A stretch of DNA of 64,000 nucleotides, taken from Nitrospirales bacterium (GTDB lineage: Bacteria; Nitrospirota; Nitrospiria; Nitrospirales; UBA8639). The translations under genes and the position numbers were made by a program. Below, one piece after another: positions 22,467 to 32,888 of the stretch; the first letter of the stretch is position 1, and each line of letters opens with the position of its first letter. The notes under the pieces are model-generated. The model did no database searches. It was not told the DNA's origin and saw only the letters and a program-made list of their open reading frames with translations. The stretch covers positions 640,001 through 704,000 of the forward strand of contig CBDBCZ010000019.1 of the NCBI GenBank assembly GCA_965203295.1. Direction: 5' to 3'.

Positions 22467-23089
22467 TGGTGGAGGTGAGGGGACGGATGTTCCAAACCTT
22501 TCGGCTTGGTCCGGACTATGCCTTCATCCTCAAGGGAAAAACTCTTTGAGGATGCGGGGCGTCTTAGCATCACTTGATGCTCTGAGTGTCCGCTCGCCCT
22601 GGGGGTCAGCGGATCTCTAAGTCTCTACAGGGCCGGTGGAGTTAGCCTCTCCCGACCCCTCGGTGTTGCCATGGCCTGCATTTGCAAGCTGTAGGGTTCA
22701 CCGATTGAGCCCCGTATTCATCCGAGGATTACTCCTCGGAGCGACCAGTTGTTGATCGAACCCCTGTCCGAAGACCTTCAGCGCAACGACCCTACGTGTG
22801 TAGCCGATGTTTTAGATTTCGCGTCTGCCCACGCCTATCAGCCGGCTTAGAGCATCCGCTAGCCCAGTATGTTCTCGTCCTTAAGTTGCTGAGCACCCAC
22901 CTCGGACCAGCCTGTAAAGTAGCGCCTCATCCACTCCCACAGACATGGAATGGGGAGACGTCGCGGTCAATTATGCCGCGAGAGCCAATGGTTCGTTGGC
23001 AATTATACATTTCCCGAAGGTTTAACGAGACTTCGAGAGCTCGACACGCTCCGTTGACCTCTTGATCCCCGTCGAAGCCAGTCACCCCC
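22467..23089 (-). ncRNA. ssrA: tmRNA; exons 23089-22755 and 22483-22467, spliced length 352 nt
   Basis: 5' GGGGGTGACTGGCTTCGACGGGG; 3' CACCTCCACCA with a G3-U pair; tag reading frame ANEPLALAA* at 23000-22971; the T-arm AGGGG-TTCGATT-CCCCT forms only after removing 22484-22754. Confidence 0.95.
22484..22754 (-). ncRNA. Group I self-splicing intron (271 nt, no ORF) in the tmRNA T-loop
   Basis: Exon ends in U paired with G of the IGS GUCG (P1), terminal omega-G, P2 with GUAA loop, P3 CGGGGC/GCCCCG, P4 CGGUG/CACCG, P7 AGAGACU...GAAGGCAUAGUCC, P8, and P9 with GAAA loop. Confidence 0.92.
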
Positions 23090-23270
23090 TTTTGTGTTAG
23101 GTTCTTGTGCTTTCCCTTTTTTCTTACTATAAACCAGGTTTGCCTTTTTTGCCAATCTAAGTGAGGGTTGGGGTGTTTCCATGACAAGAAAGCTTGCCTT
23201 ATCACAGAAATTCGGCGGTTTGTCAGGATTCTCTTTTGAGCATAAAGATCAATAGGTAAAGGAGGTCTGA

Positions 23271-23591
23271 ATGGCATGGGTTTATTTGTCGATTGCAGGA
23301 ATATTTGAAATTGTTTGGGCTATAGGATTGAAGTTTACGGATGGGTTCACTCGTTTATGGCCGAGTGTCGGCACGGTATTAGCGATGGGGATCAGTATGC
23401 TCTGTCTGTCTTATGCGTTGAGGGTGATTCCCATAGGGACAGCCTATGCCGTCTGGACAGGCATTGGAGCTGTTGGAACCGCAATTCTGGGAATCATTTT
23501 TTTTGGTGAATCTCGTCATGCCCTTCGGCTCTTTTGCATTTTTCTGATCGTGGCGGGAATTGTGGGACTTCGCCTTTCTTCTCTTTCGTAA
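23271..23591 (+). CDS. sugE: SMR-family exporter (SugE/Gdx subtype)
   Basis: [30 protein letters not shown]. Confidence 0.9.
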   Translation: MAWVYLSIAGIFEIVWAIGLKFTDGFTRLWPSVGTVLAMGISMLCLSYALRVIPIGTAYAVWTGIGAVGTAILGIIFFGESRHALRLFCIFLIVAGIVGLRLSSLS

Positions 23592-23630
23592 CGATTCAGT
23601 TTGGAATGGAATGATGGGAAAAGATAAGAG

Positions 23631-25475
23631 CTAAATTGAAAATTGGAAAACGGGTTGTTTCCCCTGGGGTTCGGCCAAAATCCCATGAGTTTTAAGGGCT
23701 TCGATGATTTGGCAGGTCAGGTCATCAAAATTTTCAGGCCCAATAAAGGTGAGATCAGCTTCAGGTTGCGAGTCTTCCTGCTCCGTGCTCATATAGACCG
23801 TTAAGACGGGGGCTGGGTGAACGAGTGTTCGAATAGCTTGAACAACTTGGTCAGATGGGAGCTCAAAGGCGTTTGTGGTGGATATGACCATCAGCCCTGT
23901 GTCAATGAAGAGGCGAGCCACTTCACCATAGCGACGAACGGTTTCTGTCGCTTCTCCTTCATGAAGGTCCGCATCGAGGCCACGCCTGAGGTTTTCGGCA
24001 TCCAATAGGTAGGCATGTCGACCTTCTGCCACGAGGACTGATTCGATTTTTTTGGCTAAAAACGCTTTTCCTGTGGTAGCAGGGCCTGTGAACAAAACAA
24101 CCGCTGCCCGGTGCCCGTAATGTTTGGCACGATCCTCTGATCTGACGTCTCCTTGAATCCAGGAGAAATCCCGTTGCCGGGCTTCCCTTCTGAGATTCTC
24201 CTGCCGATCCTGAATCATCTGAGTGATGATTCCACCACCAGAGACATCATACTCGTCCACAAGCACGAACCGACCGGTCGTCTCAAAATCTGAATACAAA
24301 TCAAACGCCAAGGGTGACTTGGAGCGGAGGGTGATATCGCCTACTTCATTCCGTTGAAGGGTGATTCTCTTTTTTTGCTCCGATGAATCCTTTAAATCAT
24401 TGGCGTCAACAATCCTATGAATGTCGGCGACCTCACATTCTACTTCTCGTGTAGCTAAGCGGACTAAATAGGTTCGCTGCATATCGAGAGGGCGGTTCCC
24501 TAACCAAAAAAGATTGGCGCGAAATGTGGTTGAAACCATCGGGATGGAATCCTCATGACTCACGATTTCGCCACGTTCGACAAAGATCTGTTCATCGAGG
24601 GTTATGCCAATCGATTGTCCTGCCTCAGCTTCGAGGGGGAGGGGATCGATGTTAAAAGCTTCAAGCGATTGAATGACCGCCGACTTATTAGAAGGAGAGA
24701 AAATAAGTCGATCTCCAACTTTGAAGGTTCCAGTGGCGATTCGTCCCGTCAAGATCCGACGAGCATCAAACTTATACACATCTTGGACCGGGAAACGCAG
24801 AGGTTTGTCTTTTGTGGCAAGCTCTGAGGAAAAGCGACCCAAAGAGTCGAGGACGACTGGACCTTTGTACCAAGGCATGGCCTCACTCGGAGTGACGATA
24901 TTGGCGCCTTCCTTGGCGCTAGCCGGAATGACGAATTGAGGGGTGACCCCCAGTTGGCTGAGAAAGTCACGATATTCTTTTTCAATGCCATGGAAAATGT
25001 CTTCTCGAAATCCCACCAAATCCATTTTGTTGATGATGACCGTGACCTGCCTAACGCCAAGCATGGAGAGCAATAACCCATGCCGTTTGGATTGCTCTTT
25101 CACCCCTTCGAGGGCATCAATGACCAGGAGGGCGGCTTCAGCGCGTGCGGCACCGGAGACCATGTTTTTGAGAAATTCCTTATGTCCTGGAGCGTCAATG
25201 ATAATGTACTGGCGACCACCCCATGAGAAAAACGTCCGTGCAGTGTCAATGGTAATGCCTTGTTGCTGTTCCTCTAAAAAGGCATCGAACAAGAAGGCAT
25301 ACTCGAATTCCTTTCCCTGCTGTTTGCAGATGCCTTGAATTTTTTCGAGTTTTCCTTCTGGGAGGGAGCTGGTATCGGCATAGAGCCGCCCCAGCAGAGT
25401 CGATTTGCCATGATCGACGTGGCCAACGATGACAATATTCATCCGATCAAGGTTGTGGGCAGGTTCAACCGTCAT
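23631..25475 (-). CDS. cysN: Sulfate adenylyltransferase large subunit with a degenerate C-terminal APS-kinase-like domain
   Basis: [24 protein letters not shown] motifs. Confidence 0.9.
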   Translation of the reverse strand: MTVEPAHNLDRMNIVIVGHVDHGKSTLLGRLYADTSSLPEGKLEKIQGICKQQGKEFEYAFLFDAFLEEQQQGITIDTARTFFSWGGRQYIIIDAPGHKEFLKNMVSGAARAEAALLVIDALEGVKEQSKRHGLLLSMLGVRQVTVIINKMDLVGFREDIFHGIEKEYRDFLSQLGVTPQFVIPASAKEGANIVTPSEAMPWYKGPVVLDSLGRFSSELATKDKPLRFPVQDVYKFDARRILTGRIATGTFKVGDRLIFSPSNKSAVIQSLEAFNIDPLPLEAEAGQSIGITLDEQIFVERGEIVSHEDSIPMVSTTFRANLFWLGNRPLDMQRTYLVRLATREVECEVADIHRIVDANDLKDSSEQKKRITLQRNEVGDITLRSKSPLAFDLYSDFETTGRFVLVDEYDVSGGGIITQMIQDRQENLRREARQRDFSWIQGDVRSEDRAKHYGHRAAVVLFTGPATTGKAFLAKKIESVLVAEGRHAYLLDAENLRRGLDADLHEGEATETVRRYGEVARLFIDTGLMVISTTNAFELPSDQVVQAIRTLVHPAPVLTVYMSTEQEDSQPEADLTFIGPENFDDLTCQIIEALKTHGILAEPQGKQPVFQFSI

Positions 25476-25478
25476 GAT

Positions 25479-26276
25479 CTACATGTATCCGTCTTTGCGA
25501 AGTAATTCCATCCCTCTTCCTTCGTCTTGCGCTCGACCTGCGCGCTCTGCGACGTTCGATTTTCTGAGCTCTTCGATGATTTCATCAACAGTTTTGGATG
25601 TTGATTGAATGGGAAACGTACAAGGAGCACACCCGAGGCTTCGATACCGTGTGCCATCATCCTTGTCCAAATAGAGATCCATGAAGGGAATATTTTCCAA
25701 CTTGATGTATTCCCAAATGTTAATTTCGGTCCAATCGAGTAGCGGGTGAATGCGAATATGAGTTCCTGGAGGGAAGGACGTTTTAAATTGATCCCAAAGT
25801 TCCGGAGGCTGGTCTCGAAAATCCCAGTCATTGTTCTTATCACGAGGAGAGAAATATCGTTCTTTGGCACGCGTGCCTTCCTCATCAGCCCTGACGCCGA
25901 GGATAATTCCCGTATAACCTTTTTCTTCCAGGAGAAGCTTCAATCCGTTCGTTTTCAACGCGGTGCAACATTCCACACGACCAATCGTGTGATTCATCCC
26001 TTGAGCAAGGGCTTCTTTGTTCTGTCCGATAACAAGATTCAAGCGCCATTCACGGGCTAAGCGATCCCGGTATTCAATCATGGCGGGTATCTTGTAGCTG
26101 GTATCAATATGAATGAGTGGAAAGGGAACATGGCTGAAAAAGGCTTTACGGGCTAGCCACAAAAGAACTGTAGAGTCCTTGCCCATCGACCAAAGCATGG
26201 CCAAATTATCAAAGTGCTTATAGGCTTCCCGGAGAATATAGACACTTTGATTTTCGAGTTGTCGTAGATGTTTCAT
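25479..26276 (-). CDS. cysD: Sulfate adenylyltransferase small subunit
   Basis: [20 protein letters not shown]; start assigned to MKHLRQLE. Confidence 0.92.
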   Translation of the reverse strand: MKHLRQLENQSVYILREAYKHFDNLAMLWSMGKDSTVLLWLARKAFFSHVPFPLIHIDTSYKIPAMIEYRDRLAREWRLNLVIGQNKEALAQGMNHTIGRVECCTALKTNGLKLLLEEKGYTGIILGVRADEEGTRAKERYFSPRDKNNDWDFRDQPPELWDQFKTSFPPGTHIRIHPLLDWTEINIWEYIKLENIPFMDLYLDKDDGTRYRSLGCAPCTFPIQSTSKTVDEIIEELRKSNVAERAGRAQDEGRGMELLRKDGYM

Positions 26277-27367
26277 ACGTAAATCTTTTCTTGTTGCTCG
26301 GCTGGTTCTTTCAATGATCGGTTTGTTGTGACGAGTTCTCTCAGTTTCTTGGCTGCAGCTCCCGACTCCAAAAGGTATCGAGCCAAGAAAACCCCTTTTG
26401 TGATTGTTGAAGCTTTCCCGGCGGCGTAGAGTAACATGGCTGCATTCAGGATCACCCAATTTGTTTGTTTCCTTTTTACTTCGTTGTGAAGAATTCGTCG
26501 GATCAAATTGGCTTCCTGTTGTGGGCCAGGAGTGCCAGGTGTTGAAGAAGGGACGGTCATATCCGTATAGGCGCCCAAATCTAAGCCGACATCCATAGGT
26601 TTCAAGTTGACAGGAAAAATAGACCCTTTATTCAATTCCCGGATAAGAGTAGCTGTTGAGATGGACAATTCTGGGTAGCCTTCAACCCCTTGAAAAATGA
26701 GCAGATGTCCCTTGTCAATCATATGAACGGCTTCAGCCATTTTTTCGAGGTAGGGCGGATGGGCAATACCAATGACCTGGGAATGTGCTCCAGTGGGATT
26801 GAGCATCCGCGCAACTTGATGAAAAAGATTCTGGAGTCCAAACTCCTCTCGAAGGTAAAGGTAGCGGGTGAGGGAAGGGTGGTATAGAGCGATATCGAGG
26901 TAGGCAAAGTGGTGATCACTGAGTGCTCCGGATATATGTAATGGAGAAAGGTCAGTCTGAATTCCTAGATCAGACAGCACACGAGAAATATTCGTCGGAA
27001 CCGATTTATTCTCTGTCCCATGGAGGAAGACCGTTGCTCCACCCGCGGCGGCGACAATGGCTGCGGCTACAGTGGCATGAAAGGTGTCGTGCTTTTCTCC
27101 ATATATTGGCAAGTCAACGATGGGTAACCCTTGAGGCACCTGAATGGGAGGCACATACTGACGGACCACCGAGGTAAAAACCCCCAGTTCTGACACGGTT
27201 TCCATTTTGAATCGCATGGCCATTAGAAATGCCCCAACTTGAGTTTGAGTGGCTTCTCCTTCCATCAAGCACACCATGGCCTGTTTGGCGTCGTCCCACG
27301 ACAGGTCGCGACTTCTTTTTAGTCCTTTTCCTATTTTGGTGATGAAGCCTTGCATAATTTCGCTCAT
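26273..27367 (-). CDS. TrpD/YbiB-like glycosyltransferase family 3 protein
   Basis: IGKG.K.SRDL and [12 protein letters not shown]; lacks the canonical TrpD GTGGD motif. Confidence 0.8.
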   Translation of the reverse strand: MSEIMQGFITKIGKGLKRSRDLSWDDAKQAMVCLMEGEATQTQVGAFLMAMRFKMETVSELGVFTSVVRQYVPPIQVPQGLPIVDLPIYGEKHDTFHATVAAAIVAAAGGATVFLHGTENKSVPTNISRVLSDLGIQTDLSPLHISGALSDHHFAYLDIALYHPSLTRYLYLREEFGLQNLFHQVARMLNPTGAHSQVIGIAHPPYLEKMAEAVHMIDKGHLLIFQGVEGYPELSISTATLIRELNKGSIFPVNLKPMDVGLDLGAYTDMTVPSSTPGTPGPQQEANLIRRILHNEVKRKQTNWVILNAAMLLYAAGKASTITKGVFLARYLLESGAAAKKLRELVTTNRSLKEPAEQQEKIYV

Positions 27368-27370
27368 CGC

Positions 27371-27784
27371 TCAGAAGGTTAACACGTGATCTGCTGCCAT
27401 GACTTCTTCCTTCCAAAACGATTCAATGGGTTGGACCTCATCAATTTCCGGGAGAAGATCTTCGAGCATAAGTTCGAAGAACTCAACGGATTCCTTGCAA
27501 ATGGAAAGTTTCACATCCCCGGTTTCCTTGAGTTCCCGAAGAATAGCCGGAAAATCATCTCGTTTTTGTGTCTCCAGCAACTCTTTCATTTTGGCCTCTC
27601 GACCCTGGTATCCGTTGGAAAACTTCAATCGTTTGATTTTCTCAAAAGTCAGGTTGCCAGCGCTTTCGTCTCTGAACAAGACACTCACTTGCGTGTAAGT
27701 TGATGCGGCAACACGAGCGACCTCACAGGCTTGCATCAGGTTGTTATATGTCCCTCTGGTAATAATGATGGCCAGTTTTTTCAC
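27371..27784 (-). CDS. DsrE/DsrF-like protein
   Basis: KKLAII start, single Cys (ICKES), ADHVLTF end. Confidence 0.65.
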   Translation of the reverse strand: MKKLAIIITRGTYNNLMQACEVARVAASTYTQVSVLFRDESAGNLTFEKIKRLKFSNGYQGREAKMKELLETQKRDDFPAILRELKETGDVKLSICKESVEFFELMLEDLLPEIDEVQPIESFWKEEVMAADHVLTF

Positions 27785-27856
27785 TCTTCTCCTCCGCCTA
27801 CCTGTCGATGGTTTATTGATCAGGATGGAATACCGCGCTAAGCCAACGGGCCCTAC

Positions 27857-28585
27857 TCACCTTTTGTGAAGCCCGCATTCAGTCTTCTCGGAATTCTGCC
27901 ATCGCCCAGATCGAGGATCTTCACCCGGCATGACGGGTACCGTACAGTGGGTGCACCCAATGCTTGGGTAGTTTTTATCGTGAAGAACATTATAGGGAAT
28001 CTGCTGATCACGAATATGGGTCCAGACATCCTCAGTGGTCCATTTTGCCAAAGGATTAATTTTGACGAGTCCAAATGCGTTGTCCCATTCCAGCAATTGG
28101 GTGTGATCTCGAGTTGGGGATTGGTCACGACGTATGCCAGTAATCCACGCAGAATAATTTTTCAAAATCCTTGTGAGAGGATCCACCTTCCGGAGCTGAC
28201 AGCACAAATCTGGCTGTCGTGCCCATAGCTCTGCTCCGTACTCTTGAGTTTGTTCGTCTGGTGAGAAGCGAGATTTCATTTGAAAAACTTGATCTGAAGA
28301 AAGCCCGTATTTGCTGATAATCCGATCACGGACTTCATACGTTTCAGGAAAAAGAAAATCTGTATCGAGATAAAAAAGAGGAGCTTTGGGATTGATGCGA
28401 TACATCATGTCGACTAAGACCACGTCCTCTGCTCCAAAGCTGCATCCAAGGATGATATGCGGAAAATAGGTATTCAGGGCGTAGGCCAATACCTCTTGCG
28501 GTGGTTTGTCCTCGAACCGTTGGTTTAACTCTTGAAGGGTTGAGGCCGCTATGGGTAAATTGACACGATCAGACATCAGCGACAT
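27857..28585 (-). CDS. cysH: APS/PAPS reductase ([4Fe-4S]-binding APS reductase type)
   Basis: SFGAED, LDT, CCQLRK, SIGCTHCT, KTECGLH. Confidence 0.92.
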   Translation of the reverse strand: MSLMSDRVNLPIAASTLQELNQRFEDKPPQEVLAYALNTYFPHIILGCSFGAEDVVLVDMMYRINPKAPLFYLDTDFLFPETYEVRDRIISKYGLSSDQVFQMKSRFSPDEQTQEYGAELWARQPDLCCQLRKVDPLTRILKNYSAWITGIRRDQSPTRDHTQLLEWDNAFGLVKINPLAKWTTEDVWTHIRDQQIPYNVLHDKNYPSIGCTHCTVPVMPGEDPRSGRWQNSEKTECGLHKR

Positions 28586-28589
28586 GCTC

Positions 28590-31073
28590 TTACTCTTCGA
28601 CTTTCTCCACCAACACCTTGAAGTGCTGATGATCGGCTTCAAGAGGATCTTCGGCCAACACCTTATGGCCGTCATTTCGAAGGCTCATGGGAACATTCTT
28701 AATCGGTTCGCCTGCATCCAACCACACTTCCAGTTGCTCTCCATGATCCATCATTTCCAGTTTCAACTTGGTTTTGACGTAATTGAGCGGGCACATGACG
28801 CCACGAAGATCGAGAACGGGTGCGCCAGCATCGAGGGTCACTGATTCTGAAGAGGAGGAAGGTTCCGATTGTGGTGTCGCCTTTCCTTCTCCGAGTTCGC
28901 TAACTCCGAGTTGGAGATCCTGCCCAAGTTGCTCAGTCGCTATTCGACAAGCTTCAACAAACCCACGTGCAAAGTCGATTTTGGCGTTGGTGAACTGAGC
29001 AGTGGGATCTTTGGGGCCTAAATCTTCAACCTTATCCACAAGGTTTCGATACGTGGTTGGAAGCACATTCACTTTCCTAGCCAGAAGATGATCGAATTCG
29101 GCGAGAGTATCGGCATCGGTATTAGGGTCGATTCCTTCTGTCACCAAAAGCGCTTTTGCCCCTGCTACGACCGCACGATAGGCTTTGTTGACGGCAACGC
29201 CATATTGATGTTTTTCTGAGAGAAGTTTTGCTTGATACAGTTCTTGTTCTGCCTCCAAAATTCGATTGTCAATCATTTCCAGTGCACCGCCGGCACATTC
29301 GCCTGGGCCTAGGTCCTCTACCGTGAATTCTGCATCCGCTTCCCAGTCATAGTAATAAGACGGATCATCCTGGTACGAAGGAAGCAAGGAGAAGGGAATT
29401 AATTCATCCTTGAGTTTGGTTTTGCCCGATCGCGTAATAAAGGCTTGGAGCTTCTCTCCTTCCTGACGGTCACGTCGGTAGATATCGAGTAGATGGGAAA
29501 TGGCGCTCGGGACGTTTTTAGCCGGAACTTTCACGATTAATTGTCCAATTTTAGCGGTCCTGTTTACTTGCCCCCCAAGGTGGACTTCATAGACCGGAGC
29601 CACGTGCTCTCCAATTCTTTTCCCGACGCCATGAAGACCGATTGTCGCAATGTGATGCTGGGCACAGGAATTGTGACACCCGCTGATCTTGATGTCGACG
29701 CCTTTCAGGTCTTCGGGGACATGTCCTGGTGGGAACAGTTCGGCCAATCCACGGGCGAGTCCTTTCGAAGAGGTAATCCCTAACCCACAGGTGTCTGTGC
29801 CAGGGCAAGCGACGATATCCTCAACCTCTTCCGCACCGGGTTGCCCTAACCCAGTCACCTCCAAGTCCTGATAAAAATCGTGGGCCTTGGATTCCGGAAT
29901 CCATCGGATAATTAAATTTTGGTTGATTGTTGTCCGAATATTCCCATTCGAGTAGGTCTCAGCAAGATTGGCGACTTCTAACATTTGTTCTGCTGTGATA
30001 TCCCCTGACGAGAGTTTAATGATCGCTGCAACGTATTCAGCCTGTTTTTGCTTGATCATGTTGGTTCTTCGCCAGGTATCAAAGGAGGATTCTGATGAAG
30101 AAGATGGGTTTACTCCGTTGCCATTTTTTCCGTTTTGGCTCCGTTGGGGCATGATGAGGGATGGCGTATCCGGATAAGGCAACACGTTAAGAGAAGATGG
30201 GGATGAGGCAGTTTTTTGCATGGAACGATACATCTCTTCCCAACGCTTGGTGAACTCCTCAAAACCCAGTTTATCAATGACGAATTTCATTCGTGCTTTG
30301 CTTCGATTTTTTCGATTCCCCAAGTTGTCGAATACTTTGATAACGGCTTCGATTGAGGGAATGAGTTCCTCCATGGGAACAAACTCCCTCAAGAGATGAG
30401 CAATACGAGGTGTGGACCCTAAGCCTCCACCGACTACCATGCGAAAACCAATGGTGCCATCCTCTCGTTTTTTTGCTAGAAGACCGACATCGTGGATAGG
30501 GGTCAGTGCGCAATCGTGGTGGCATCCTGAGAAAGCAATCTTAAATTTTCTTGGCAAACTTTGGGTGAGAGGATTTCGCAGCAAATGGTGCGCCACGGTT
30601 TTTGCGTAAGGTGTGACATCAAAGACTTCACCTGGACACACACCGGCCAAATGACAAGCCGTGACGTTTCGCACGGTGTTGGCACAGGCTTCTCTTGTGG
30701 TGACGTCGACCTCTGCTAATTTTCGCATGACGGTCCCGACCTGATTAAGCGGGACAAAATGTAATTGAATATCTTGACGTGTCGTCACATGCCCCACACC
30801 GGTTGCATAGGTATCCGCTACCTCGGCTATCCGACGAAGTTGGTTGGCTGTTATTCCACCGAAGGGGATTTTGATGCGCACCATTTGAACATCTGGTTGA
30901 CGCTGACCATAGATCCCGTGTTGCAATCGGAATGGCTTAAACACCTCAACAGGAGTCTCGCCTTCTTGTAATCGCTTGACCTCCCCCTCGAAGGTTTCGA
31001 TTTCGTCCAAAATATCTGAAGGAATGGGTATGGTCTGTATTTCGGGTATGGAAACTGTGCGACCCGTGTTCAT
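28590..31073 (-). CDS. sir: Siroheme sulfite/nitrite reductase with C-terminal HEPN-like and TusA-like domains
   Basis: GIYGQRQ, TTRQDIQLH, LPRKFK, CPGTDTC...SGCHNSC; C-terminal LDLRGVMCPLNYVK. Confidence 0.85.
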   Translation of the reverse strand: MNTGRTVSIPEIQTIPIPSDILDEIETFEGEVKRLQEGETPVEVFKPFRLQHGIYGQRQPDVQMVRIKIPFGGITANQLRRIAEVADTYATGVGHVTTRQDIQLHFVPLNQVGTVMRKLAEVDVTTREACANTVRNVTACHLAGVCPGEVFDVTPYAKTVAHHLLRNPLTQSLPRKFKIAFSGCHHDCALTPIHDVGLLAKKREDGTIGFRMVVGGGLGSTPRIAHLLREFVPMEELIPSIEAVIKVFDNLGNRKNRSKARMKFVIDKLGFEEFTKRWEEMYRSMQKTASSPSSLNVLPYPDTPSLIMPQRSQNGKNGNGVNPSSSSESSFDTWRRTNMIKQKQAEYVAAIIKLSSGDITAEQMLEVANLAETYSNGNIRTTINQNLIIRWIPESKAHDFYQDLEVTGLGQPGAEEVEDIVACPGTDTCGLGITSSKGLARGLAELFPPGHVPEDLKGVDIKISGCHNSCAQHHIATIGLHGVGKRIGEHVAPVYEVHLGGQVNRTAKIGQLIVKVPAKNVPSAISHLLDIYRRDRQEGEKLQAFITRSGKTKLKDELIPFSLLPSYQDDPSYYYDWEADAEFTVEDLGPGECAGGALEMIDNRILEAEQELYQAKLLSEKHQYGVAVNKAYRAVVAGAKALLVTEGIDPNTDADTLAEFDHLLARKVNVLPTTYRNLVDKVEDLGPKDPTAQFTNAKIDFARGFVEACRIATEQLGQDLQLGVSELGEGKATPQSEPSSSSESVTLDAGAPVLDLRGVMCPLNYVKTKLKLEMMDHGEQLEVWLDAGEPIKNVPMSLRNDGHKVLAEDPLEADHQHFKVLVEKVEE

Positions 31074-31180
31074 GGTGAGCCTCTCTGGGTAAGACAAGAC
31101 AGGATGAAATTTCCCCTTCTGCGAGAAGTTGGGATTATGGTGTTATCAATCATACAACATGTCCAGGCGAAAGCGTAAAG

Positions 31181-31639
31181 CTAGATATGATACATCAGTG
31201 CCTGCTGTTGTTCGAGTTGAGCGTATTGCTCGACAAGAGCATTGAGTGTGATCGATCTTAATACCTCTTGCTCAGCCTGATGGACCTTCTTCCATATTCC
31301 GGATAAAAATTTTTCTGAAACGACCAATGTGTCAGCCTTCCCGTTTCTCCTAATTGGATCGAACACAGTGGCCCCGGGGGGCCCATCCATCGCTTCTACA
31401 ATCTCGGCTAGGGAGACTTGGGACGGATCCTTTCTCAAGGAATACCCACCTTGTGCTCCCCGGACGCTTTCCACGACCCCTGCCTGTTTAAGGGAATAGA
31501 GAATTTGTTCAATGAAGCGAACTGGAATGGATTGGCGGCCAGCGATTATTTTAGCTTGGATGGGCAGTGAACTGTAATGGAGGGCGAGATCCATTGCAGC
31601 CATGATCCCATATGTTATTTTCAATGGAACCTTTTTCAT
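31181..31639 (-). CDS. Rrf2-family transcriptional regulator (CymR-like, no Cys ligands)
   Basis: SVRGAQGGY motif; first gene of the cys operon. Confidence 0.88.
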   Translation of the reverse strand: MKKVPLKITYGIMAAMDLALHYSSLPIQAKIIAGRQSIPVRFIEQILYSLKQAGVVESVRGAQGGYSLRKDPSQVSLAEIVEAMDGPPGATVFDPIRRNGKADTLVVSEKFLSGIWKKVHQAEQEVLRSITLNALVEQYAQLEQQQALMYHI

Positions 31640-31643
31640 ATAT

Positions 31644-31702
31644 TTCCTATAATTCCGATAGGAATTAAGAAAAATAATACTGAATCACTGACCGTCTGTC
31701 AA
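31644..31702 (-). promoter_or_regulatory. Sigma70 promoter TTGACA-N17-TATTAT with downstream inverted repeat TTCCTAT-N7-ATAGGAA (putative Rrf2 operator)
   Basis: -35 at 31702-31697, -10 at 31679-31674, inverted repeat at 31644-31664. Confidence 0.7.
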
Positions 31703-31742
31703 TTCGTTTCTGTGATGGGTAACAGGCTGATTTCGGAATGGA

Positions 31743-32888
31743 TTAACTTACCTTAAAACCGAGCTTCGAAAGAGTTTGACCCAATTCCGCTTGATTGTCA
31801 GGTACATCAATGGCGGTTTGGTGGAATTCTCTGCGAATTGGATAGTGTTTGCGGAGTTGATCAAATCGTGAAGGATGCTTCTCGGGAGGGTGGGAAAGAA
31901 TTTCCAACATCCGAGCGTGGTCATTGGGCAAGTCGTAGATTTGAGTCACGACCTGATACATCGTTTCTTGAAGGTCTGAACTTGCGGAATTCAATTTTAT
32001 AAAAGGCAATGCAGGTGGTGGCAGATGAAATCGTGGGTCCCATGTGGGCTCTCTTCCAAAAAACTGACAAGCAGCCTGGTAGACATCCATCGTTCCTTGA
32101 ACTTTCCCGTCGAATGAATACCCTGCGATATGGGGTGTGCCCAGAGCGGTTTCCCGAAGAAGTTCCCAATGGATATTGGGTTCTCCCTCCCATACGTCTA
32201 GGATCGGTGGTCTCATTTTTTTTGGGGTAACGATGTTGAAAAGGGCTTTATTGTCCACAACTTCACCACGTGAGGTATTCATTAAGACGGTGTTTGGGGA
32301 GATCTGACTAATCCGATGCTCATCCAAAAGATGAAAGGTAGGATCTGGGCCGTGCTTGTTAAGAGGGACATGGAGCGAGAGAAAATCAGCATCCAACAGT
32401 TCCTTTAATGGACGGTATTGAAGGTCGTTCGTTTCGCGGCTTAAAGGTGGATCGTTCACCAATACTTCCATGCCAAGGGCTTGTGCTTTTTCCTTGACGA
32501 GGCGTCCAATGTTGCCAACCCCAACAATACCAAGTGAACTTTTTTTCAACGAGATGTCCATGTGGATTGCCATCATCAAAAGAGCCGTCACGATATATTC
32601 TGCAACAGAGTTCGCGTTTGCTCCCTTGGCGGAACTAAAGTCGATCCCTTTTTGCGAAAGGAAGTGTTGGTCAATATGGTCGGTTCCTGCAGTGACGGTT
32701 CCAACAAATTGAACGGAACTGTTATTGAGAAGGTCAGCATCCACTTTTGTCACGGATCGAACTAAAAGGACAGAGGCATCTTTGAGGACCTCGTGGGTCA
32801 TAGCCCGGCCTGGAATAAGGGTGACCTCGCCTAATGTGCTGAATGCCTCCTGAACAAAGACCACGTTTTCATCTGCTACGATTTTCAT
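31743..32888 (-). CDS. pdxB: Erythronate-4-phosphate dehydrogenase
   Basis: MKIVADEN, VRSVTKV, TPHIAGYSFDGK, FDQLRKHYP.RRE. Confidence 0.9.
   Translation of the reverse strand: MKIVADENVVFVQEAFSTLGEVTLIPGRAMTHEVLKDASVLLVRSVTKVDADLLNNSSVQFVGTVTAGTDHIDQHFLSQKGIDFSSAKGANANSVAEYIVTALLMMAIHMDISLKKSSLGIVGVGNIGRLVKEKAQALGMEVLVNDPPLSRETNDLQYRPLKELLDADFLSLHVPLNKHGPDPTFHLLDEHRISQISPNTVLMNTSRGEVVDNKALFNIVTPKKMRPPILDVWEGEPNIHWELLRETALGTPHIAGYSFDGKVQGTMDVYQAACQFFGREPTWDPRFHLPPPALPFIKLNSASSDLQETMYQVVTQIYDLPNDHARMLEILSHPPEKHPSRFDQLRKHYPIRREFHQTAIDVPDNQAELGQTLSKLGFKVS

Noticed and set aside
23090..23270. Guanidine riboswitch upstream of sugE/gdx
   Set aside because: I could not find paired ACGR-loop hairpins or other guanidine-class motifs; the region looks like divergent promoters.
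22796..23277. ORFs 22796-23065 (+) and 22927-23277 (-)
   Set aside because: They overlap the tmRNA and have no protein features.
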